The notes below the pieces were generated by a model, which saw nothing but the letters and a program-made list of their open reading frames with translations, ran no database searches and was not told the DNA's origin. Shown here piece by piece: positions 1-8,502 of a stretch of DNA of 64,000 nt. A program made the translations under genes and the position numbers. Source of the stretch: Acidobacteriota bacterium. GTDB lineage: Bacteria; Acidobacteriota; UBA6911; RPQK01; JAJDTT01. Location: positions 320,001-384,000 of the forward strand of contig CBDCJH010000002.1 of assembly GCA_965217775.1 (NCBI GenBank), given 5' to 3'. Positions within the stretch are counted from its first letter, which is position 1. The number at the start of each line of letters is the position of its first letter.

Positions 1-1821
1 GCATTTGTGCTAGGCAGAAGCAGTTCCGACATGCCTCGTGACCACTACGCAGGAACTAAACGTATGCGCACTTTGATCGACTTGTTCCGATTGAAAAATG
101 GGTGCGTATCTCTAGAGTTCAAATTGGATAATTCCCTGTTTCGTATTGTTCGGGAACCGGGGACCTCATATCGACCCAAAATCATCTATGAGGACAAGAC
201 GGAACGAATCGTGTCGGATCAGGAGTTGCGTCGTCTATTTCCGGCAGTTGTCTACAGCCAGGGCGAACTAGCAGACGTCGGCGGACGAAATGGCAGCAAA
301 ACTCAACTGTCTGATCTTCTGCAATTTGTTGACCCCAATTACAAGCGTAAGGATGACCAGTCTCGTTCAGCTATCAAATCCGCTAAGGGTGCAGTTAGGT
401 CGGCAATCCGAATGGTTGTCCAACATTGGGAATTGCTGTCGCGTCGTCGCCAACTACAAACTAAGACTGCCTCCCTGATCCAACGTGCCGAGGCTTTGGA
501 GAAGACTCTTCCAAAGAGATCCGAAGAGGATAATGCCATTCTTACACACTACGACGCTGCAACGAAATTCAACGTGAAGGTTACTCAAGCATCGCAACAC
601 ATTGATAAACTACTACAGCGTCTTAGTGTCGTTGATTCGGAGTTGCGATCTGAACGTGATCTGACAACATCTCTGGACGGCATCGCCACCACGATACAGG
701 AGAGATATCGTGACTTTTACATGGCGTTCAAGTCAGGTATGACGAGAATGTTGGATAGGCTAAGGTCGAAACGCACTGCTTTCAAGACACTTGAAGATAA
801 GTGGAAGTTGGGTTATAAGGACGTGTCGAAACGGCGAAAAAGTGTGCTGGAGAAGTTCGGAAACCAACAGGCCGTCACAAGTCAAATCATCAAGCTTCGC
901 GATGAGATTACCCAACTCCAGAACCAGATCACGAACTTTGAGGAGAAAATAAAGGTTAGTGATAATCCCTTGAATCGTTTGAGGTCGAGCATCGACGAGC
1001 TTCGGAGGATTAGTGATGAGCGGGATCGCCGTACTCAGGAATGGGCGGCAACAATCGAAAGCCTGTCTAGCGGGAAGATCAAGGCAACAGTCACACTCGC
1101 GGATGATATTGAGGAAATCCGAGAGGCAATAGATATCGTTGCAGCTAAGACACGTTCATATGAGTCAATCCGTCGACGTAATTTGGATCAGGCTCTCAAG
1201 GGTCGAAGTGCATCAAAATTAATCGATGATCTCCGGCAAGACTGTTTAAATCTACTCGAGTGGCGTCAGATGGGGGAGCCGTACGGTGAAAATCGACCGA
1301 AGTGCTCAAACCTTATGAGTCTCCTAGGTGAGACAAAGAACATTCGTGATTTGGTGACTAAACTCATGGACCCAGAAAGGGCGGGGGCAATCGCAACGGC
1401 TATTGCAAAGCCGGGAATTGCCCTTCACTTCTGCGACGGGAATCGCGAGATCTCTTTCGATAATGCATCCGATGGACAGCGTGCGGCAGCTTTACTATTC
1501 ATGTTGTTGGAACAGTCGAGCGGGCCGCTAATCATTGACCAGCCCGAAGGAGATCTCGACAATAGAATCATTACGGAACTTACTGAGAAGCTGCATTTTT
1601 CGAAGGAGAAACGCCAACTTTTATTTTCAAGCCACAATGCGAATCTTATCGTTAACGGATCGGCGGAAATTGTCGGGCAACTTGATGTAACTGACGCTGG
1701 GGGGCGTCAGTTTGCGTGTATTGGAGCCATTGATCGCCCAGACGTGTGTAAGGTCATTACATCTACGATGGAAGGAGGTGAGAAGGCGTTCAGGGATCGA
1801 AAGGAGAAATACGGGTTCTAG
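1..1821 (+). CDS. SMC-like/ABC-type ATPase (TrlF-like), 5' partial
   Basis: Long coiled-coil region, then signature-like ASDGQR, Walker B/D-loop PLIIDQPEGDLDN and H-loop SSHNANL. Walker A lies upstream of the window. Lower GC than the backbone. Confidence 0.75.
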   Translation, partial: AFVLGRSSSDMPRDHYAGTKRMRTLIDLFRLKNGCVSLEFKLDNSLFRIVREPGTSYRPKIIYEDKTERIVSDQELRRLFPAVVYSQGELADVGGRNGSKTQLSDLLQFVDPNYKRKDDQSRSAIKSAKGAVRSAIRMVVQHWELLSRRRQLQTKTASLIQRAEALEKTLPKRSEEDNAILTHYDAATKFNVKVTQASQHIDKLLQRLSVVDSELRSERDLTTSLDGIATTIQERYRDFYMAFKSGMTRMLDRLRSKRTAFKTLEDKWKLGYKDVSKRRKSVLEKFGNQQAVTSQIIKLRDEITQLQNQITNFEEKIKVSDNPLNRLRSSIDELRRISDERDRRTQEWAATIESLSSGKIKATVTLADDIEEIREAIDIVAAKTRSYESIRRRNLDQALKGRSASKLIDDLRQDCLNLLEWRQMGEPYGENRPKCSNLMSLLGETKNIRDLVTKLMDPERAGAIATAIAKPGIALHFCDGNREISFDNASDGQRAAALLFMLLEQSSGPLIIDQPEGDLDNRIITELTEKLHFSKEKRQLLFSSHNANLIVNGSAEIVGQLDVTDAGGRQFACIGAIDRPDVCKVITSTMEGGEKAFRDRKEKYGF

Positions 1822-1862
1822 TACGGTTATTTTGGGGATTACTAACAATAGTGCCCATGCGG

Positions 1863-2204
1863 TTATGGAATGCCGCCAATCTTCTCAAACTTGACATACA
1901 CGTCATGACCTCCAACGCACAGTTGATAGGAGGTGTCACCGCCGAAGTCGATTGGCAAGTGGGCTGTGACCGGGATGGAATCTCCAGCGTTCAGACAATT
2001 TCCAGTAACAAGTGGCACAGGGTCGTGGGCAGTCATCGTCCCATTCAAGTACAGAGATTCTTCTCTCTGGGTGTAGGTGCCGGAATATCGGACGTTTCCG
2101 CCATCAACACCGAGTACGACGCCTTGGCCGATGTATAGCACTCCAACGCCGTTGGCCACGGGAATAGGGGGATTCTCAAAACGCATGATATACAAAGCAC
2201 TCAT
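1863..2204 (-). CDS. Small beta-rich hypothetical protein, GrlR-like
   Basis: ATG 2204 with AAGGAGG RBS. Pattern LYIMRF..GVGVLYIGQGVVLGVDGGNVRYSGTY resembles GrlR-family beta-barrels (recognised by eye). Confidence 0.55.
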   Translation of the reverse strand: MSALYIMRFENPPIPVANGVGVLYIGQGVVLGVDGGNVRYSGTYTQREESLYLNGTMTAHDPVPLVTGNCLNAGDSIPVTAHLPIDFGGDTSYQLCVGGHDVYVKFEKIGGIP

Positions 2205-2289
2205 ATTTCCCTCCTTGCAGTGAAAACATACCTCTCCCCCAAAAACGCGCATGATCGGCGTGGCACGCACACCCCGTCAATCATGTAAC

Positions 2290-2545
2290 TGACCAGGAGT
2301 GCGCCCAGGCGCCATGGTTGCTCCTGGTTGCCGGTTGGGGGAAGATCGGAAGCGGAAGCGGACAAGTGGACGCTTTCTTTTCGGTGTTTTTATACCCGTT
2401 CCTAAAACTGTCCCGACCGACGGCTCGTACCCTGCCTTGTTCCCGGTTCGACCGTGGACGTACAGCAAAATGCGCCGCATCCTCCGGGATGTGTGTCGGC
2501 TCTCCGAAGGTCGCCGCTTCCGCTTCACTCACCCCCAATGGAAGG
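2290..2545 (+). ncRNA. Candidate IS110 bridge RNA in the left non-coding end
   Basis: About 260 bp non-coding region upstream of the IS110 recombinase. Stems ACCAGGAG(2292)/CTCCTGGT(2321), GAAGCGGAAGCGG(2349-2361)/CCGCTTCCGCTTC(2514-2526) and TTGGGGG(2335)/CCCCCAA(2532). RNA boundaries are approximate. Confidence 0.6.
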
Positions 2546-2555
2546 AGGAGATCTG

Positions 2556-3811
2556 ATGGTACACACCGATACGATGCATGTCATCCATGCTCGCGCCGCC
2601 GGGCTGGATGTCCACAAGATGGAGATCACCGCGACCGTGCGCCGGGCTCGTCCCGGCACCGAAGCGGACGTGTTCACCGAGGCGTTCAGCGCCTTGCCGA
2701 GCGGATTGAAGGCCCTGGTGGCGTGGTTGCGACACCATCAGGTCAGCGCCGCGCTGATGGAAGGGACCGGGGTCTACTGGGAGGTAGTGTATACGGCACT
2801 GGAGCAGGCGGGCCTGGGCCCGTTGCTGGTCCATGCGCAGCACGTCAAGCAGGTCAAGGGCCGCAAGACCGATGTCGCCGACAGCCTGCGGCTGGCGCGC
2901 GTCTGCCAGTTCGGTCTCTGTTCCCCCAGTCTGGTGCCCCCGGCTTCGTTCCGGGCCCTGCGCAAGGTCTCGCGCCTGCGCCGCCAAGTGGTGCGCGAAC
3001 GGGCGCGGGTGCGCAACCGCATCCACAAGATCCTCGATGCGGCGGGGCTGCGCATCGGCGGGATCCTCTCGAACCTGTTCGGCGTCAATGGCCTGCGCCT
3101 GCTCGACGGTCTGCTCGCGGGACGAACCAAGGAGGACCTGCTCGCTTCGCTCTCGCACCATGTCCGGCGCCATCTGGGAGCCCTATGTGACGCCTTGTCC
3201 ACGAACTTGGATCCGGACGGGCGTTTCCTCCTGCGCGACCAATTGCGGGCATTCCACGACACCAACGCGCGCCTCGCCGACTACGACCGGCGCCTTGAGG
3301 ACGGACTTGCCGAATTCCGCGACCGGATCCATCTGCTGATGACCATTCCCGGGGTCGACCGCGCCAGCGCCAACGCGATCCTCGTCGAACTCGGCCCCGA
3401 CATCGGCGTGTTCGGGTCATCTCGCCATTGTGCCGCCTGGGCCGGCGTGTGTCCGAGCAACAACCAGAGCGCCGGCAAACGCCGGCACGGCCGCACCCGC
3501 CGGGGCAACCTCACCCTGCGCGAAGTCCTCATCGAATGCGCCCACGCCGCCGCCAGAACCCACCACTGCCAGTTCCGAGCTACCACAAGGCGCTCACCGT
3601 GCGCCGCGGCAATAAACGCGCGACCGTTGCCACCGCGCACAAGCTGCTTCGGGTCATCTACGCTGTCCTGACGGCCAACCTCCCCTACCGGGACCCGGAA
3701 ATGGACTATGAGGCGCAACTGGTCAAACGCAATGCGCTGCGCTGGATCCGAATGCTGCGGAAATATCACATCGATCCCGCCACCGGGGAGGTGACCAGGA
3801 CCGCCGCCTGG
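2556..3811 (+). pseudogene. IS110-family recombinase/transposase, frameshifted
   Basis: GGAGGAG RBS; motifs AGLDVHK, MEGTGVYW, GRKTDVAD, TIPGV, SAGK. Frame changes near 3577 (QFR | SYHKALTVRRGNKRATVATAHKLL continues in the 3428..4051 frame). The probable original stop reads TGG at 3809-3811. Confidence 0.85.
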
Positions 3812-3983
3812 CCCGAACCCAGGCGCTACGGCGGCTCGAGGGGGCCGCCACGGAGGCCGGATGCAGGGACGCCTCCTCACCGGTCCTCACCGCCGCTACG
3901 CAACACTGACTCGATCTGTATTGGAGGGCTCAGCGCCCTTCCGAGGTGCCCGTCCGTCTACGTCCCAAGAGAGTTACACAGCA

Positions 3984-4571
3984 AAGTCAGCGTGGTTCAT
4001 GGCACACCGGCTCCGGCAAGCCTGGAACACCCAGCCGGAAAATCGGTTTAAGGGTCCGGTAGAACCGGATGAGACCTACATGGGCGGCAAGCGCAAGAAC
4101 ATGAGCAAGGCCCGGAGAAAGAAGATCACGGGTAGCGGACCTGTCGGAAAGACCGCCGTGGTCGCCATGAAGGATCGGCTCTCCAACGAGGTTCGAACCA
4201 AGGTCGTCCCCAACACCAAGGCCGAGACTCTGCGCGGATTCGTCCTGGACAATACCGAGCCGGAAGCGAAGATCTACACGGACGAAGCTCTGGCGTACAA
4301 GGCACTCCCGAATCGGGAAGCCGTCAGGCACGCCAATTTCGAGTACGTCAGAGGTCAGGTGCATACTGACGGGGTTAAATCCTTCTGGAGCTTGCTGAAA
4401 CGGGCGCACGTCGGAACGTTCCGCAAGCTCTCTCGGCGTCATTTGGATAGGTATGTCGCCGAGTTCGCCGGTCGCCACAACATGAGGGACAAAGACACCC
4501 TTGCGCAGATATCCGAGATCGCTTCCCGCATGGTGGGCAAACGGCTCCGTTACCGGGAGTTGGTAGGGTGA
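3984..4571 (+). pseudogene. IS1595-family (ISXO2-like) transposase, N-terminally truncated
   Basis: KSAWFMAHRLR, VEPDETYMGG, IYTDE, HTDGVKSFWSLLKR, HLDRYVAEF. The N-terminal Zn-ribbon is absent and the usual N..E catalytic-region residues read D..K. Confidence 0.85.
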
Positions 4572-5449
4572 GCCAAGCCGCGTACGCGCCACGGCTGACG
4601 CGATACCGCTTCCTCCACGGAGACTCGTTCGACTGGCTCTCAAACGCAGACCGCTGTTCGATTCACGCAGTTGTCACTGACCCTCCTTTTGGTCTGATTG
4701 AGTACTCACCCAAAGAACTGAAAAAACGCCGGAACGGGAACGGCGGGGTATGGAGAATCCCCCCGGCATTTGATGGGTGCAAGCGTAGACCTGTCCCCAG
4801 GTTTACCGTCTTGAAAAACAAGGATCGGGTTGCCATCCGGGAGTTTTTCAGTCAGCTTTCTTCACTGCTTCTGCCTGTCCTGGTTCCTGGTGCTCACGTC
4901 TTCATTGCATCGAATCCGTTGCTGTCTCACTTAGTGTTTGAGCCCTTCGTGTCGGCAGGATTCGAGAAGCGGGGAGAATTGATTCGGATCGTCCACACTC
5001 TTCGCGGGGGAGACCGGCCAAAGAACGCCCACAAGGAATTCTCCGATGTGACGGTCATGCCGAAATCCTGCTTTGAACCATGGGGCATCTTCAGAAAGCC
5101 GTGCGAAGGCCGGGTCCAAGACAACCTTAGAAAGTGGGGAACTGGTGGACTGCGGCGACTGTCAGAACAAAAACCGTTCTGCGACTTGGTGCAGTCATCA
5201 CCGGCCCGAGGCTATGAGCGGAAGATCGCTCCTCACCCATCGTTAAAGCCACAGGCGTTTCTAAGACACGTCGTGCGTGCTAGCCTCCCGTTGGGAAAAG
5301 GGATCGTTCTGGACCCGTTTGCCGGATCAGGGTCCACAATGGCAGCGGCCGAAGCGTGCGGGCTTTCAAGTATTGGACTGGAGCACAATTCGGAATACTA
5401 CGAAATGGGACTCGAAGCCATCCCAATGCTTGCCGCATTAGAGGTCTGA
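4568..5449 (+). CDS. N4C/N6A DNA methyltransferase, beta class
   Basis: Motif IV VTDPPFG at the N-terminus; HPSLKP and motif I VLDPFAGSGST at the C-terminus. Confidence 0.9.
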   Translation: MSQAAYAPRLTRYRFLHGDSFDWLSNADRCSIHAVVTDPPFGLIEYSPKELKKRRNGNGGVWRIPPAFDGCKRRPVPRFTVLKNKDRVAIREFFSQLSSLLLPVLVPGAHVFIASNPLLSHLVFEPFVSAGFEKRGELIRIVHTLRGGDRPKNAHKEFSDVTVMPKSCFEPWGIFRKPCEGRVQDNLRKWGTGGLRRLSEQKPFCDLVQSSPARGYERKIAPHPSLKPQAFLRHVVRASLPLGKGIVLDPFAGSGSTMAAAEACGLSSIGLEHNSEYYEMGLEAIPMLAALEV

Positions 5450-5452
5450 AAA

Positions 5453-6058
5453 ATGGCCTTCGACCGAGACGTTGCACTCCCCGCGGGTCTGGAACTATCG
5501 GCTATCAGGAAGGCTATTCTCTACATCGAGAAGGAATTGGGGGACCAGCACTTCATTGATCTGTATCTCGAACAGGCCAACATCTTTAGTGCCCTTGTCA
5601 GCATGTTTGGGACCAAGGCGCTAGATAGCGTCAGCAATTACGAGAAGCACAAGCACAGTGATACCTCTCAGCAAAGATTCCCTGACCTGCGTCGAAGGGG
5701 GTCTCCTCTTCCCACACCTCCAGCTGACGCACTGGAGAGCAAAGGGAGCAAGAGGCCGTGGTCGATCCAGTCCCACTACAATCATGAAGGCTGGTACATC
5801 GTATGGCGTTATCTGGTCGATTTGACAGCCACTATCGAGCCCGGACGAAAACTCGTCGTTTGGAGAGTTGATGTCGTCTACCTTCGAGAAGATGATTGGA
5901 AGTACGAATCCAGCCGAGCGCGGTCCGGGAAAGGTGGAAGGACTCACACATTCGGCGTGAAGCGTCCGGCGACTAGGTTGAGAGGTTGTGCGGTATTCAA
6001 GCGTCCCGACATCATCATACGACAGGGAAAGCCGGTCCCGATCAACGGAGAATCATGA
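5453..6058 (+). CDS. Putative PD-(D/E)xK restriction endonuclease
   Basis: Starts 3 bp after the MTase stop; FPDL...ALESKG motif; 201 aa. Confidence 0.6.
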   Translation: MAFDRDVALPAGLELSAIRKAILYIEKELGDQHFIDLYLEQANIFSALVSMFGTKALDSVSNYEKHKHSDTSQQRFPDLRRRGSPLPTPPADALESKGSKRPWSIQSHYNHEGWYIVWRYLVDLTATIEPGRKLVVWRVDVVYLREDDWKYESSRARSGKGGRTHTFGVKRPATRLRGCAVFKRPDIIIRQGKPVPINGES

Positions 6059-6249
6059 AGCGAAAACCCAGACCTTGGCCCGTAGAACTCGTCAAATCCA
6101 CCTACCAGCCTACCAAGGCCGAGAAGGAAGAAGAGATCAGCCTGGATATCCCTGGCCGCACAATAGCGGACCGAATGTCACGCCTCGCCAAATCCGTGAA
6201 AGGGCCGATCAAGCCCCGGTGGATCAACCGGCCTCGAAGCCGCCGCTAG
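6055..6249 (+). CDS. Small basic hypothetical protein at the IS1595 right end
   Basis: ATGA overlap with the preceding gene and a GGAG RBS; 64 aa MKRKPRPWPVELVKSTYQPTKAEKEEEISLD; ends 9 bp before the TIR. Confidence 0.55.
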   Translation: MKRKPRPWPVELVKSTYQPTKAEKEEEISLDIPGRTIADRMSRLAKSVKGPIKPRWINRPRSRR

Positions 6250-6320
6250 GTTGCGGCTTGGGCACTATTGTTAGTAATCCCCAATATTTTCAATCCGGGG
6301 GCACGGGACAATGGCTGCCC

Positions 6321-8421
6321 CAGGGCCATCTCATGCTAACAATTCAGAAATGTGCCGGGAGGGCTGGCTATTTCGTGCTGGGTCTGTTATCAAGCCGGCA
6401 TGGGAAAATCGGACATCACCCTGCCTCCCTCGGTCAAGGACGTCACGGTCCGGCTGGCGCGCCCCGACGAGCGCCGCCGCTGGGATGCCACCATGGCCGA
6501 GCAGCACTATCTGGGATTCCAGCGATTTGCGGGTCGAGGTCTGCGCTATGTGGCGGAATACGAGCGTGAATGGCTGGCGCTGATCGGCTGGCAATCGGGT
6601 GCCTTCAAGTGCCGGCCGCGCGACCGTTGGATCGGCTGGCGTCCGCGAGAACAGTTCCCCCGCTTGCGGCTGATTGCCAACAACACTCGCCTGCTGGTGT
6701 TGGGCCCGCCGGGGGCCCTCCCCAATCTGGCCACGTGTGTGATGGCGGCCAATCTGCGGCGCTTGAGCCGGGACTGGCAGGAGGCTTACGGCCACCCGCT
6801 GGAGTTGGCCGAGGCCTTCGTCGACCCGAAGCATTTCCTGGGCACCCTGTATCGGGCCGGAAACTGGAGGGACGTGGGGCGCACGCGCGGCTTTTCGCGC
6901 AGCAACGGGCGCTACACCGAGCCCCACGGCCGGCTCAAGAGGATGTACGTCTATCCGTTGCGACGAGGGGCCCGAAGACGGCTGCGCTCTCCCGAGCCCT
7001 GCCCCTCCTGGGAGCCGGAGCGCACCGACCCGATGCGTCCCGAAGCACTCGCCTTGCCCTCGTTGCTGCAAGAGTTCGCGTCGATCCCGGATCATCGCCG
7101 CGCCCAGGGCCGCAAGTTCCAGCTCCCGACCCTGCTGGCGATCTGGGCGCTGGTGCGACTCTCCGGGTACCGCGGAGTCGACGCCACCTGGCGTTATGCG
7201 TGCGCTCTGAACCAGGAGGAGTTGCGCCTCCTCGGCGCTTGGCGCCACCCCGGGACCGGTCGCTACCACCCCCCGTCGCGAGCCACCCTGCACCGAGCCC
7301 TGACCGAGACCGACCCGGAGGCCTTTCAAGCGGCCGTGAACCGTTGGGTGGCGCGGCGACAGCCGTCGAAAACCGCGCTGGCGACCGACGGCAAACGTCT
7401 GCGCGGCGCCAACCGCCAAGGGGAGGCGCATTACGAAACCGTCTCCCTGGTCAGCCACGCCGACGCCATGCCCATCGCCAGCCGGGTCTATACCGAGGAG
7501 GGAGGCGAGACCGCGGCGGTCCTCGCTCTGCTGGAGGATGTCGATGTCCGAGGCTCGGTGATCACTCTGGACGCCCTGCACACGATCCGCAATACCGCCC
7601 TCGCTATCCGGCGCCGCCACGGCGCCCACTACCTGTTCACGGTCAAGGGCAACGCTCCGGAAACCTTCCAGACCCTGGAGACCATCGACTGGGACCGGGA
7701 CGCCACGGCACGCTTCTCGGAAAACGACCAGAAGGCTCATGGTCGCATCGACCGGCGTCAGATTCAGGTCCTGAAACCCCTTCGGGGTCTGATCAACTAT
7801 CCTCACGTCCGACAGATCTTCCGCGTGACCCGCAAGCGAACTCAAGTCAAAACCGACGAAGAATCCCTCGAGGTGGCCTATGGCATGACCTCATTGGGGC
7901 CGGAGCAAGCGGATGCCGAGCGGCTGTTGGCGCTCAACCGCGGTCATTGGGTGGTCGAGAACCGGAACCACCGTCCCCGGGACACCACTTTCGGTGAAGA
8001 CGCCTGTCTGATGCACACCGGCCACGGACCGTCCAACAACGCGATCGTCAACCAGACGGTGCTGGCGATCATCTTCCATCGCGGCTTCACCCAGGTCCAA
8101 GCCGCCGTTCAGCACTTTGCCATGGACCGGGACCAAGCGATCCGCGCTCTCACCGAGTCGGGCTGACCCAGCCGTCGGCGCCGTCTCCTGTCCTCACTCC
8201 ACGCAGCGGCCCTCGATCTGGGGATCCTCAGGCTTATTCTCCGTCATTGCGGCTCCATCGGGACCCCAAACCGGTCCCTTCCGGCCGGACTGGCCTCCTT
8301 TTCCATAACCAGCTACCCCTGCTCCCCCGACCGCTTGGTGCAAGGACCCCGAAGCACCTGTCTCCCCCTCCCCTCACGTCGTGGAGAGCACTCCACTATT
8401 GAACAGAGTGAGATGACCGTC
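6321..8421 (+). mobile_element. ISAs1-family insertion sequence
   Basis: Imperfect TIR CAGGGCCATCTCA (6321) / TGAGATGACCGTC (8409-8421); GCTGCCC occurs on both flanks. Ends are approximate. Confidence 0.6.
6400..8166 (+). CDS. ISAs1-family transposase with N-terminal DUF4338 (DruA-like) domain
   Basis: N-terminal HYLG..GRGLRY..RDRWIGW..IANNTRLL..GTLYRAGNW; C-terminal IPDHRRAQG, ATDGKRLRG, TLDALHT, VKGN, HGRID, RGHWVVEN..RDTTFGED. Confidence 0.88.
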   Translation: MGKSDITLPPSVKDVTVRLARPDERRRWDATMAEQHYLGFQRFAGRGLRYVAEYEREWLALIGWQSGAFKCRPRDRWIGWRPREQFPRLRLIANNTRLLVLGPPGALPNLATCVMAANLRRLSRDWQEAYGHPLELAEAFVDPKHFLGTLYRAGNWRDVGRTRGFSRSNGRYTEPHGRLKRMYVYPLRRGARRRLRSPEPCPSWEPERTDPMRPEALALPSLLQEFASIPDHRRAQGRKFQLPTLLAIWALVRLSGYRGVDATWRYACALNQEELRLLGAWRHPGTGRYHPPSRATLHRALTETDPEAFQAAVNRWVARRQPSKTALATDGKRLRGANRQGEAHYETVSLVSHADAMPIASRVYTEEGGETAAVLALLEDVDVRGSVITLDALHTIRNTALAIRRRHGAHYLFTVKGNAPETFQTLETIDWDRDATARFSENDQKAHGRIDRRQIQVLKPLRGLINYPHVRQIFRVTRKRTQVKTDEESLEVAYGMTSLGPEQADAERLLALNRGHWVVENRNHRPRDTTFGEDACLMHTGHGPSNNAIVNQTVLAIIFHRGFTQVQAAVQHFAMDRDQAIRALTESG

Positions 8422-8502
8422 CACAGCTGCCCGATGGCCGTTGACAGCCCGGAAAATAGTGGATAGGATTGCGCCCAAATTAGACTCTAAGTCGTTTTCT
8501 CC

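Larger units (their letters stand above)
1834..6282 (+). mobile_element. IS1595-family transposon with passenger genes
   Basis: Perfect 24-bp TIR GGGGATTACTAACAATAGTGCCCA at 1834-1857 and its reverse complement at 6259-6282. AT-rich flanks gttatttt/aatatttt (6/8 match, degenerate 8-bp TSD). Internal IS1595-type DDE transposase remnant. Confidence 0.85.

Noticed and set aside
3570-3590. Programmed frameshift in the IS110 gene
   Set aside because: No slippery heptamer at the site, and IS110 recombinases are single ORFs; a 1-bp deletion or sequencing error is simpler.
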